Origin: Eledone cirrhosa
Taxonomy: Eukaryota
Assembly: GCA_964016885.1 (NCBI GenBank)
Contig: OZ024741.1
Location: 232,810,001 to 232,874,000 of the forward strand
Direction: 5' to 3'
DNA: 64,000 nucleotides
In this document: positions 14,457 through 27,169 of the stretch, piece by piece
How positions within the stretch are numbered: the first letter of the stretch is position 1
Layout of the letters: every line of letters starts with the position of its first letter
Translations under genes and position numbers: made by a program
Notes under the pieces: model-generated
Database searches by the model: none
Told to the model about the DNA's origin: nothing
What the model saw: only the letters and a program-made list of their open reading frames with translations

Positions 14457-14741
14457 TCTTTTATATATATTTCCTAAAGAAATACAGATGGGATACAGCA
14501 CCCATAATGGAGTCAATTTTTAACTGGTAATTATTTTTTTCCTCCACAAATGAATGCGATGAAACGCTTTTTTCAAATTTGAACTTTAAGTGCTCTGCTA
14601 CCCGAACTGCCTTTTATTTATTTAGTATCTTTTTCACTCCTGACCAACAGAGTACGGTAAAATGCATAGAGCTTATTTCAATAGGGAAGTATTACACTAT
14701 AACCTCATATATTTGTATATACATATATATATGTATGTGTA

Positions 14742-14834
<93 letters not shown>

Positions 14835-15645
14835 ACGGAAAAAATGAAACGAAATTTCATTTCCCACTCTTAGTACGGCTGTTACTTAAATATAAGTATG
14901 TACACGTACATACATATATGTATACAGACGTACAGTAGTATGTATATATATATACATACATGCACACATATATATATGTACGTATGGATTCACCGAACAT
15001 TTATCATAATGCTCGGTGTGTTTGTAAACAAACATCCTGTATTAAGCCGTAGTGTCTAGCAACCATCGTTGCTCGTTTGTTCAACACTGACAAAAGAACG
15101 CTGTACTAGTTTCAAGCTTATTAGCTACCATCAGCAACATATCTTTACTTTCTTTATTGAATAGAAAATCTGAATTCTGACACCCCAGCGAACTAACCAT
15201 ATTCACTGAACCAGAACAATTCTCCCATCCAATTTCTCTTGACTATTATCTTTTGATTGTCATAAAATTCTCTAAAAAGGCTACAGAATAGATTTCCAAA
15301 TAAGGGCGCGAAAATTTAATGAAAACTTGTTCACGTGACAGCCATAATTTCATTTATAACCAATCAAATTACGTTTATTAAAAAAAGCCTCCGTGAGCCT
15401 TTTTTTTTAAGTAAAAAGAAATTCAAACACTAATATATGAAAAAACAACCTGTGCCTCCCCCTACCCTTGTTTGAAGAACTTTGTAACGCGAACTGGCGC
15501 CAAATTTATTATAACTATTGACCAACCAATCAAATTACTCCTCTAAAAACCTGGCATTTCGAGCCACTTTTTTCCATATGAAACAAGAAACATTCAGAGA
15601 CCAACCAGATGTGAGAAAAACCAGAGACCCTCCATCTCAACTCTA

Positions 15646-15681
15646 CTTCTGAAAAGCAGAAGAACTGCGAAACCGGTAAAG
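15646..15681 (+). ncRNA. Degenerate minimal type-I hammerhead ribozyme (core CUGAAAA, G8>A)
   Basis: ctt-CTGAAAA-gcag aagaa ctgc-GAAA-ccgg-TA-aag. Confidence 0.6.
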
Positions 15682-15894
15682 GAACCAAATAAATATATAC
15701 ATTTTTTTTAAATAAGACTCCAGTTGCATTTTCGATTTCATCTTTTTTTCTTTATACTTTCACTCGTGGACACCTCGGTTATTTTTCATTTTGTAAAAAA
15801 AACCTCACTTTCTAATATATATATATATACATATATATATATGAAAGACGTAAAATAAGAAAATTATAATAAATAACTGACTTACTTAAGTTTC

Positions 15895-15972
15895 ACTCCA
15901 ACTAAATAGTTTCTGAAAGGGGATATACATAGTGTTCAAAATCATGGAGAATTCCTTTCTTCATCAGGGAGT
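15895..15972 (-). ncRNA. Type-I hammerhead ribozyme, core intact
   Basis: Minus strand: actcc-CTGATGA-a gaaagg...cctttc a-GAAA-ctatttag-TT-ggagt. Stem I actcc/ggagt is perfect; triplet GUU. Confidence 0.75.
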
Positions 15973-16671
15973 CAATTCTCTGCTAAGATCCCTGGCGATA
16001 GGCGGACACAGGGATCTCAAAAAAGAAATTCAGTGAATGGAAAAGAAGCAAGTGCGAACTAAATTTCAAGCACTGAAAATTTCACTACCTTCCCGGTCAG
16101 TGGCAAATTCAAAAGAATCAATCACGTGACATCGAGGTTAATCAGTGATGAGTGGGGTGTTAAAAAGACAGTAGCCAATTACTATGAATCATAGCAGTAA
16201 TTCAGGCAAATTTTCGCTCAACAAATAATTTGGAGACAATTATAAAGAATTAGTATATCTACCAACATATTTATACAGAAGTATACTTATGCTAGCAAGA
16301 TATAAGGTTTGTCTTAGTAACTTTGTGGTTCAATACAAAAATGTAGAACAATTATATGAAAGACGTAAAATAAGAAAATTATAATAATTAACTGACTTAC
16401 TTAAGTTTCACTCCAACTTATTAGTTTCTGAAAGGGGATATACATAGTGTTCAAAACCATGGAGAATTCTTTTCTTTTTAACACCCCACTCCTCACTGAT
16501 TAACCTCGATGTCACGTGATTGATTCTTTTGAATTTGCCATTGACCGGGAAGGTAGTGAAATTTTCAGTGTCACGAAATTTAGTCCGCGCTTGATTCTTT
16601 TCCATTCACTGAATTATTTTTGTTTGAGATCCCTGTGTCCGCCTATCGCCAGGGATCTTAGCAGAGAATTG

Positions 16672-16749
16672 ACTCCCTGATAAAGAAAGGAATTATCCAT
16701 GGTTTTGAACACTATGTATATCCCCTTTCAGAAATTAATTAGTTGGAGT
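16672..16749 (+). ncRNA. Inverted copy of the 15895 hammerhead with mutated core (CUGAUAA)
   Basis: actcc-CTGATAA-agaaagg...cctttca-GAAA-ttaattag-TT-ggagt. Confidence 0.65.
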
Positions 16750-16965
16750 GAAACTTAAGTAAGTTAATTATTATAATTTTCTTATTTTACGTCTTTCATA
16801 TAATTGGTCTACATTTTTGTATTGAACCACAAAGTTACTAAGACAAAACCTATATCTTGCTAGTATAAGTATACTTCTGTATAAATATGTTGGTAGATAT
16901 ACTAATTCTTTATATATATATATATATATTGAAAAATTGGTTGAATTTTACTTGTTCTGCTTATC

Positions 16966-17414
<449 letters not shown>

Positions 17415-17826
17415 GTGTTGGTTCACCACTGGATAGAATTGGTCATTCCGTATGGTCAATCTCGATGTAATATTTTGGAGAGTATTCAACGTAATGCAGC
17501 TCACCCGTCTTCGTTTGTGTAGTTGGTGGTGCGAGTACGGAACACTTGAGGGCGACCGACTAAGGTAGAAGATGCTAGATGGTCGGTCGTCCTCTTGTTT
17601 ATGATTTTCAGCCCCATGGATTTTGTCTGTTATATTCCTTTGTTATATTTCGAATACCTGATGATATCACCGGATTCATACGGAACCCGGTCATTGTAAT
17701 GATCATAGTATAATAAACCTTTCAAGGATTTACACAAGTCCAGCCTCCTGTTATTTTATTATATATAAATATCTTTATATATATTAATAGATGTATTAAA
17801 TATTTATCTCTCTATTCAATCTCCAG

Positions 17827-17970
17827 GGTTATACCATCACTTTTTAGCAATAGAGGATCCCAATTCTGTTTTTAGTACCACTTCAACCAACTGTCAAATT
17901 CTACCATTTAAATACTCTTTTAAGTTTCATTTACGAATACACACCATAAAAGGTTCTGGAAGCTTTTCTG
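17827..17970 (+). CDS. Host gene internal exon b
   Basis: ctccag|...|gtgagt; 144 nt; phase 1-1; open in frame after exon a: RLYHHFLAIEDPNSVFSTTSTNCQILPFKYSFKFHLRIHTIKGSGSFS. Confidence 0.68.
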
Positions 17971-18049
17971 GTGAGTAAAGATATTTTTTGTCCGACGTGA
18001 AATTACAAATTTTCTTTAGCAAGACTAACATTTATATATAACTCGTTAT

Positions 18050-19010
18050 ATCTTTTTTATCCAATAGCTTAAGATAATACATGTTGATGTGTAGATCATT
18101 TACAACCTTCCAATCCAATCCCCTCTTCTCCATGTATGTGAATGACATTCGCACGCTATCTTTGCCCTATCATAGGATCATCAAATACACGAAATCTCTA
18201 CAACATTGAAATCCACTTAATATTTCTTGTAAAGTATCATGACAACACTGGATCTCTCTTCCTGCCCAACGTCGCACAAACAATTAGGGCGAAGTGATAT
18301 ATCTACACCAAATTTTAAATCTTGACGCCAGGTAGATGCAGGAAAACTATGAAAGTTACTCAAGTTTTCCAACGTTTTCTGGTAGTAAACGGCTTCCCAA
18401 TATATCAATACATCAAATTGAATGGCGTATACTAAATGCAACAACCAAACGTCTCTGGGTGGTGTACCATGGCAATCTGTCAATTGAATGAAAGGGAGGG
18501 GCTGGAAAAAGAACTAGTGCATCGGAGCCCTAACTGAGAATATTCTTGGCTAGGCATTAAACACAACAACATATGTACACAAATTCTTTATGTGGATATG
18601 TGTCTGTAGTCGTACTAATGTTGGAACGATTGCCAGCAAATTAAATAAACGGAATGAGGGATACATCTATACGAGTGCTCCCACTATTAAAATCACCTAC
18701 AGAAATGTCACACCTAATATGTCGATGTTAACACCGAGTCCACTTAGCGAAACATCAGACATTGCTTATCAAAGTGTCTATATTCTTCAATACATTTTGA
18801 TCTCTTACTCACAGTAGACCTGAGTTGTATGAAGCCAGTTGTCACCATTCTTCGGAGCAAATATCTAGAAAATGGTTCTCCGCATATCAGAATCACACGC
18901 CATTTCCTGTCTTCGAAAATGGGATAATAAGCCCAAATGAAGAAGGGTCGTAGCATAACATTTTTCGGTACATCATTGACAAAAGAGAGAGAAGGACCTA
19001 TCCTTCAAAC
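18050..19010 (-). mobile_element. Highly decayed LINE RT/C-terminal remnant (clade uncertain)
   Basis: Minus-strand LSFVNDVP, a YAEN (YADD-like) segment, LGVTF, then CLCDVGQEE zinc-finger-like sequence in RT order. Confidence 0.4.
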
Positions 19011-19150
19011 AGAGGTTTACAACAGACCCAACAACGCTAGACAATTAGGCCTAGGTTGTGGAGTTAAACTGAGAGGTGGATTCTGACTACTACCCAAATA
19101 GAGTTAAACTGACGAGAAATACTGCATTATTGAGTGCTATATATATATAT

Positions 19151-19449
19151 AATTGTTTCTACTTTTGGCACAAGGCCAGCAATTAGTGTATTAATGGTAC
19201 TTTATTTTATTGATCCCGTAAGAATGAAAGGCAAAGTTAACCTCGCGGGATTTGAACTCAGACCATAAAAGGCCGTAACTCTTTGCTGCAAAGCATCGCC
19301 TCACACACTCTACCGATACTGCCAATCCACCGCTATATATATATATAATTGTTTCTACTTTTGGTACAAAGCCAGCAATTATTCCAGTGTATTACTGGTA
19401 CTTTATTTTATCGACCCCGTAAGGATGAAAGGCAAAGTTAACCTCGGTG
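19151..19449 (-). mobile_element. Two tandem SINE copies (one near full-length, one 5'-truncated)
   Basis: Reverse-complement match to the SINE; gctatatatatata..at occurs at all three junctions (19136, 19332, 19450). Confidence 0.9.
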
Positions 19450-19949
19450 GCTATATATATATAATGGAAGCTTGTGTGATATAGTTATTAGAGCTATGCA
19501 GCTTGACGGAGTCAAAGTCATGAACAGGCATTCATGAAAATCTCTAAAACGCCAAAGATATTTTCGATCTACGAAAGAGCAGTGGAATTCACCATTTTTG
19601 CTGTTTCATCCCCCTTGTTATCTTTTCATGTCTCAAAATGTCTTATAGGCGACACATATGCGATGAGCAGTTATAGTAGATATGTGTGCATGCATGTATG
19701 TATGTTCGTATGTATGTATGTATATAAATATCGTTCGTCAAATTAACTTTTCATACACGGTACCTCATTAACAAATCATTTTGATAATGCTTTCCTAGGA
19801 ATCAACGCATTGGGGTGGGGTTAGCTCGGTCCGCACCTTTTGTTTAATTGTTCGTTTGTTTAAATATGCATCGAACTCATTAACGACACAACCATTCACA
19901 CATACGCACACACACACAAACTCATATATATCATACATTACTCTATTAC

Positions 19950-20062
19950 ATTCAAATCCCGCCGAGGTTAACTTTGCCTTTCATCCTTACGGGGTCGATA
20001 AAATAAAGTACCAGTAATACACTGGTTAATTGCTGGCCTTGTGCCAAAAGTAGAAACAATTA
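19950..20062 (+). mobile_element. 5'-truncated SINE
   Basis: ttcaaatcccgccgagg...gtagaaacaatta. Confidence 0.9.
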
Positions 20063-20326
20063 TATTTTTTTACTCTTTTAATTGTATCTGTATTTTGACA
20101 GCGACTATGCAGGATTACCACCTTGATTTAGTTTAATATAACCAGTAATATTTGTTGTTCATGACACAAGCCAGGAGATCACTGATTTAGATAAATATTT
20201 CTTCATCACTAATTATATGATTTTAATTAATTCAAATTCCATGTCGGTACCACATCAGTATGTATTTCACAGTTAAATGTCAGTTACATCATCATCACCG
20301 ATATTCTATCAATAATCCAATTGCAG

Positions 20327-20473
20327 ATATGAACGTTACTTCAAAAGAGAACACAATTATGAATTGCAAAACCTCCAAGCCGGATTTTGAATGTAATGGA
20401 AACTTTTACACAGAGGAAATCACGTTCACCACAAATGGAATCTTTGGCTGTGTCACAAATGTTCAACTTTTCG
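20327..20473 (+). CDS. Host gene internal exon c
   Basis: ttgcag|...|gtaagt; 147 nt; phase 1-1; DMNVTSKENTIMNCKTSKPDFECNGNFYTEEITFTTNGIFGCVTNVQLF. Confidence 0.75.
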
Positions 20474-21114
20474 GTAAGTATATCAGGTGTTATCTTATGT
20501 CACATTATATATAAACAAACAATAAAAAATATTTACAAATCTAGTGATGTATATATATATAATTAGAATATTGAATAGCTGTATACAAATATGTATGTGA
20601 ATTTTGTATATCTAAAGATATACGGTATGTTAAATGAATAAAGCCTCAGCTATGAATATAAGACTGAAGGTAGCGCCAGCGAGCGGAATCAAGCAGAATT
20701 TTCTTTTTTCAAGTATTAAATAGGGTTATTTACAAAAGTTTATAACTTTGTCTATGAATCCGTATGGTGAGCAAATAGGGTCCCTAGTGCGGGCCTCCCC
20801 CACAGTCCCGGCGGACAGGATGGAGAAGGCATTTCCCCTTGCCCTTGGCAGTGGAGACCTCTGGTGTCCTTGGCCCTAGGGCTACCTCCCTATTCACCAC
20901 CATAGGCGCTGAGCTAGCCATCCGCAGGGGAATAATTTTCTATGCATTTTGATCTTAAGCTGTCCTCATCAGGACAATGTTTCCGTCTTCCTACTGCTGG
21001 ACTTTGGAACAGATTAAAATATATAGGTTTTTCGCCTGAGTAAATGGGCCTCATATGCATACGAAGCTGTATAAGTTGGCTGAATATAAAATATAATATA
21101 ATATATATATATAT

Positions 21115-21262
21115 AATTGTTTCTAATATTGGCACAAATCTAGCAATACGAAGGAAGATTACATCAAGAATATCGACGCCAATATTTAATGGTAATTTCT
21201 TTATCAATCGCGGAAGGATGAAATGCAAAATTGATCGCGGTAGCTTTAGAAAACAAAACTGA
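21115..21262 (-). mobile_element. Diverged older SINE copy
   Basis: aattgtttctaatattggcacaa...ttatcaatcgcggaaggatgaaatgcaaaa aligns loosely to the SINE reverse complement. Confidence 0.6.
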
Positions 21263-22019
21263 AATGTAACTAAATGAAGTATAACATTTTGTCCTACGGT
21301 CTAACGATAATGACAACTACAAGAGCAGAAGCCTTTAAGACTTCTGTGTGTTTTTTGCATTGTTTGTACGAAAATGAATTATAACGAAATGGTGAAACGC
21401 AGTACTTACATAAATTAATGTTGGTGGTTACACACATACACAGATATAGATACAGATAGATACATAGACACACAGATACACCAGACACGCAGACACACAT
21501 GCATATACACATATATACATATATACAGTAATAGGAAAAAGGGAGAAAAGGAAGAAAAGGGACGAGAGAAGATCACACAAACATCAAAACTGGGAATATC
21601 TAAGTAAATATGTGCCACTTCGTATTTTTTCAGGAAGAGATGGTATGTGCACACCCTCCCGGTTTGGAGAACCCAGTTTAGCTATTTCTCTCCTTTTCTT
21701 TCTTGTTGTTATTGTGTCTTTCGTCGTTTTTGTTGGTTTGCGAGTGTTTGTGGATAGTGTTGGCGTGAGGTGTCTATGGCTGTGTTTGTGTAGTGAGTTC
21801 TCGGGGTGAGTTTGTAAGTCTAGACTTTCTCTTGGGGTGGCTTTAGGGATGGCTGTTGTTGTGTTATAACTGAAATGTGGAAGCTTCTGATGTGGCGTTT
21901 CTTATTAAGTAAAAAAAGAAACGGCTTTACATATTTCAATTTAGTTTAACGTCTTGCATCTTACACCTTATTCACGTTTCAAAGACATTAAAATGTCATT
22001 ATGTAATAGTTATTTATTG

Positions 22020-23020
22020 CGTTGTTGTCAGACAGGTGCTGAAAATATAAAGAATGGTTTTGTTTTTGCGTTGTGATATGCCTACTGTAACCCGAATGAA
22101 TAATACCTCCTGCACCTAGTAGTCATCTTTATTTGAAGAATCCCTTATTTACAATGCATAGCGTTCTCCTTTCTTTTGATATTGGAATGAATTCGAAACT
22201 ACTCTGGACATCTAACCACTTCTTATGTTTCATTGGTAATGCTTTCTATGGGTTATTTTTAGAATTATTAACCTTAACGTCCTCCCATTACTCAGATATC
22301 CATTGCTGCTCGCTAGACTACTAACATTTTACCTTTAAAATCTCTATTGATGAAAGAAAATATATGTCCTACATTCTGTCGTCCTTCCTTTCTTTCCACA
22401 TTTCGCTTCATCTGACTTTCATGTCCAGAATAACATTTGTGGCCTCCCGTTTTGGATTTGCAGCAGATGTTTCCTAGAATCTCATTATATCTCATTGTTG
22501 TGGCATTGATAAATATTAGTTTGACAGCCACGAAGTTACCTTTGAAATGTAGCGGTGAAAATGTTCACCGAATCGTTAACAGAGGTTCTTCAGTGATAAC
22601 ATGATTTTGAGATTTTCAAGAGTGGATCTCAGGGTACAGCTTTTTAGCTTGCAGATTCTCCACCGGGGCACTCCGAAGTTTTTCAGGACAAGGTCATGGT
22701 CTCTATTATAACTATTCTTGAGAATGTGCATCTCCTCTGTCTGTGTACTCCAGTTTTAATGTACTGGACCTATATATTGTAAAATTGATGGCATTGTAAT
22801 CACATCGTAGTCATCCTGTATTATCATTATGTCTTTTGTTAATGTTGTAAATGAATCAAGAGGTTCTGTATAGAATTCTTCAATATATTCCTAATCCATG
22901 GGGCATAGTTGTCTGTTAACTTTACGCTGAACGTCAATTACTGTAGGCTGATAATCATGTATCTACTTGATATTGTTTATCGCCATATTATGGTAGTTTT
23001 CTTGATTGTATGGTTATTAT
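22020..23020 (-). mobile_element. Decayed RTE/BovB-like APE fragment
   Basis: Minus-strand YAP...EYIEEFYTE...KDIMIIQDD resembles the APE YAP...EEFY...IIQGDWNA blocks; heavily frameshifted. Confidence 0.42.
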
Positions 23021-23309
23021 GCTCTCCGGTAACGTAGAGTACATGCCCATCTTATTCCAGGATGGGCATGTACTCTACATTAGCAGAGAGTGATGCTTTT
23101 CGTATCTCCCCATCAACTATATTTCTTTTAACGAGGTGGCTCGGCGTGGACAGGAATTTGAGGTTGATTGAGTTTATCTTGGAACTTTTTCAATCATGGC
23201 CTAAGTCATGATACTAAGTCATTCGCCCAGTGATGCCGTGTTACCACCACCTCTTCTTTTTTTTTCTTATATACTCACATACATATATACATACATACAT
23301 AATACATAC

Positions 23310-23830
23310 ATGATGGCTGCAAACTCTGCTAAGAGTACTGCGATCGTTTGTCAGATTATAGAGTTTGGTGCACTTTTAGGCTACGGCCAGTAACACAGAC
23401 CTGTAACATATCCTAAACAAGCAATGCCTGTGCTTTGAAGGGTTTTTTTAAGTGGAGAAAGGTGTTGCACTCGACCATTCCCACTTTCTGAGCATCTAGA
23501 ACACTACACAAAAGGAGAACTGGTCAACATCATCGGATACTTCCAAAGCCGTAGGTTCTTTTTCAGAGTTACCCTCTCCTAGAAAGGTGTTGTGACAACA
23601 ACTGGGGGTCTTTCACTCCCAGGTGAAACAAAAAGTACTATTTGGATGGCCGTTGATTCTCTTTAATTTCTCCACCCTTTGGCGAGTCTTGCATTTCATC
23701 CCGCAGGGTGGCCAAATATCACCAAGCAAGCTTGGTAGGGTTGCCGGTTTAGTTGCCGACGACCCGACCATGAGACAGGTTGTACCGGGTTATATCTTAC
23801 CAGTAGCACTCGAGAGCGACCTCACATGAC
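23310..23830 (-). mobile_element. Probable non-autonomous RTE-derived element within (CATA)n
   Basis: Minus-strand ctaggagagggtaactctgaa resembles an RTE 5'-UTR motif; ends in gcagccat followed by (TATG)n; flanked by CATA repeats. Confidence 0.38.
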
Positions 23831-24439
23831 ATACATACATACATATATGACAATTAAGTTTGTTTTGGAACAGTGAGCGAAGTTTGAAATTTAGTAGAAA
23901 TAGAAGTTTTCGGTTTTTTGTTTTGTTTTTTACTAAAGAAATTTTAGCCATATGGCGGGGCTTAAAACCTTCTAAAATGGAAAAGCATGAGTATTGACGA
24001 TATGTATATATTCATAGATATATTTATATATTCATTTATGTTTTTAGAGATATTCATTTGTTTTGTGGCTCAACAATGGATAGAACTGGTCATTCCATTT
24101 AGTTAGCCATGAAGTAATACTAAGAAAAGCACTCTAAGTTCTAAAATTCATCCATCGTCGATGTTGAATCTCGTGGCTGATGCAGAAGTTATATATTAAT
24201 TTGATTAAAACAACATGAGGCAAGACTTGTGATATCTCTTTAAACTTTTATTGTTTCAAAATAGCACTATATATATTTCAAAGGGCTGGATACGTAAGAC
24301 CCTAGAAATATCATAAGATGCGGATTACATAATTAGTTAATTGATAATAGCAATTACTGGCAACACAGATTTTAGTAACAATAAAACTTTAATGGGATAT
24401 CACCTCTCCACCGTCCTGATACACACACAAACACACACT

Positions 24440-24475
<36 letters not shown>

Positions 24476-24603
24476 GTAATAATAAATGTGAAGACTAAAA
24501 TCCGAAGAGGGCTCGATAAGGATAATATGAAGTATATATAAACCCGTAAAGCAAATATTTAATATAAGAACAGATTAAAGTTTAAGCATATATGCATATA
24601 CAG

Positions 24604-24648
<45 letters not shown>

Positions 24649-25023
24649 TAAACGGAATAGAAAATGCTGACAAATTGTTCACAGTTGAAAAATGGTTTAA
24701 TTAGGAATAAAAGAGTATTAGTGATTGTATGGGTTAGTATTCAGTTGTGGTTTTAAGTTTTTAAGTTTTTACCGGTTGCGCATTTCTAAATGCTTTTCAA
24801 AAATAATTTTGAGATAGAGTGTCCGTGCTGTTTGCTCTGATCTGATTAGTTTTGGGAATTCTACCTGTTTTTATGTTAAAAAGGTGGCTCCAGCGTTACT
24901 TTGGTGTTGCAAAATTTCTTGTGGTCAAAACAATTTTGATTGGTCGGTAGAGGTCATGTGAGTGTAAAAAATTGATTTTGCGCCAAGACTGTTTTTATGT
25001 TAATCATATATATATATATATAA

Positions 25024-25100
<77 letters not shown>

Positions 25101-25169
25101 TATAGGCATATATGCATATATATATATAGATATATATAGATATATATAGATATATATATAGATATTTTT

Positions 25170-25425
25170 ACACTTGGGGAGGGTCATATTGTTGTAATAA
25201 TATTGTCAGAAATAATAACAGAACACACTCACTGTTTCGTTGGTTTTCACTTCTTTATCTCCATAGTTAATTTATTGACTGACCAATGGTTAAAAATACA
25301 GATATATATATAGTCTACCAAAGTTCTTTCGTTGCACATCTACAACATCATCAGTAGTACTATTATCATGTTCCCTCCTATTGTATTGTATTGTAATGTT
25401 TACGCCATTTTTATGCCATTTTTAT
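25170..25425 (-). mobile_element. Solo Penelope-like pseudo-LTR (same family as 62641-62935)
   Basis: acttggggagggtcatatt...aataacagaacacactcactgttt...aaagttctttcgttgcacatctacaacatc is shared with the 62641 repeat. Confidence 0.75.
25316..25359 (-). ncRNA. Minimal type-I hammerhead ribozyme, core intact
   Basis: Minus strand: tacta-CTGATGA-t gttgta gatg tgcaac-GAAA-gaac-TT-tggta. Confidence 0.75.
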
Positions 25426-25656
25426 ATATATAGGAAAAGAGTCTGGACCCCGACGGCTGAGCTCCGGCCGTTTCAACAGCTAGATCCGAACTCTCGGATC
25501 TGAATCTTTTCTTATTACCCACTCTACACACCAGAGTACTCAATACTTAGGGCATTAGAACAGATTAAGGTTTAAGCAAAGAATCGCTGCTTTCACCCTT
25601 AATGGGATCTTCTGAGTTTTAGAAGATTAAATATATATATTTGATATACACACACT

Positions 25657-25736
<80 letters not shown>

Positions 25737-25839
25737 AATGAAGTAATTCCATCGGAAAAGTCCAGGAAAAAAGAGTGCTCTATGTAGGCAACAGAGCTTA
25801 ATTATTATTATTATGTAATAAACAACATAAGGCAATTAT

Positions 25840-25897
25840 TCCATTTACCAGTGGTTTCTTAAAAGCAAAAGGTTTTGCTTTCAATCCTCAGAATGAA
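25840..25897 (-). ncRNA. Minimal type-I hammerhead ribozyme (antisense arm of palindrome)
   Basis: Exact reverse complement of 25911-25968. Confidence 0.8.
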
Positions 25898-25910
25898 AAA
25901 TCCTTGATTT

Positions 25911-25968
25911 TTCATTCTGAGGATTGAAAGCAAAACCTTTTGCTTTTAAGAAACCACTGGTAAATGGA
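25911..25968 (+). ncRNA. Minimal type-I hammerhead ribozyme (sense arm of palindrome)
   Basis: ttcatt-CTGAGGA-ttgaaagcaaaa cc ttttgcttttaa-GAAA-ccactgg-TA-aatgga; all three stems pair; triplet GUA. Confidence 0.8.
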
Positions 25969-26001
25969 ATAATTGTCTTATGTTGTTTATTACATAATAA
26001 T

Positions 26002-26130
<129 letters not shown>

Positions 26131-26172
26131 TATGCATACACCATATGATATATTATCCTTTATAATTGTCAG

Positions 26173-26316
26173 GTTGTCCTAAGTTGCTTTACGGAGTGAA
26201 TTGTACAAAGACATGCCATTGTGAACCTGAAGGCTTTTGTCACCTAATGATAGGTAATTGTCCAAGCAAATGCGAGCTAGGATATTTTGGTACGAGTTGT
26301 CATTTGAGAAAATTCA
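26173..26316 (+). CDS. Host gene internal exon d: EGF-like (MEGF/SCARF-type) module
   Basis: tgtcag|...|gtaagt; 144 nt; phase 1-1; GCPKLLYGVNCTKTCHCEPEGFCHLMIGNCPSKCELGYFGTSCHLRKF. Confidence 0.9.
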
Positions 26317-27169
26317 GTAAGTACATTCTTAGCTGGCAGCTTCACTATTTGCACTTAAATATGTAGGTCCCTATACACGTATCGTGCATAAGGCATCCTT
26401 CAGGAACTTTGACATAACATTTTGGCTAACGTATGTCAACATTTCGGTCAAATTCTACATATTTTCTGCTTTATTCTTAGATATGTTAAATCTGTGCAAG
26501 ATTATTTTCCATTAAGAAATGTGTCCGGTGTTGTTTGTTGCCGAATTAACCAATATTCGGAATCACACTCTGCTGCATTGGCCACATTAAATTCTTAATC
26601 AATTTAATTGAAATACATTCTTTTCGGTTTCTCAGCGGTGCAGAACTGCTAAGGAATTGGTCGCAGGTAGCCGGTAGTGAATTGACTACGAGATATGATG
26701 ACTACTTGCGATATAAGCGTACACCTATCGAACAAATACGCAACATGGACCAACAGCGGTAAGCTATTATGTGAAGTGGTGCAATGGCTGGTACCTTTAG
26801 CGACCAAGAAAATTCTCACAAAATTTATGAAGCTAGTATATGGCAAGTAATGTCCCATTCGAAAAAAGCTTAGTCTTTGCGATTCCATGAAAAGCACCAG
26901 ATTTGTGACTGGCACGAAAGAGACCACGAAAACATTGCAATACGTCGAGACACAACAAATGTATACATACCTTATCTTCCTTCGCTCGTGTTAACAAGGG
27001 ACATGTTGAGGCATTATGGAGAGAAAAATATTCGAAAAATATATTGCAGTTTCCATCTCATGTTGTAAAAACTGGTGATGGGTTAGCAAATTGTTCTGAG
27101 AAGCGTCACATAGGCGCTCAACGATTGTGTATTCAGTGAACACAAAGTGGGTTCGGAAGGGAGCATGCT

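Larger units (their letters stand above)
15841..16912. mobile_element. Penelope-like pseudo-LTR structure (partial tandem plus inverted copy) between (TA)n tracts
   Basis: 15841-16168 is reverse-complemented at ~16473-16800; 16243-16355 is reverse-complemented at 16800-16912; 16357-16470 repeats 15841-15955 directly; carries a hammerhead motif. Confidence 0.78.

Noticed and set aside
21500-21900. Possible Tx1 ORF1 fragment
   Set aside because: Only compositional similarity to 10600-10800; no alignable motif.
24049-24180. Possible extra exon after tttttag
   Set aside because: Similar to the dispersed repeat at 17412-17530, and no convincing donor or open phase-1 frame.
26400-27150. Possible decayed Tc1/mariner remnant
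   Set aside because: Only vague resemblance; no DDE/D motif or TIR could be read.
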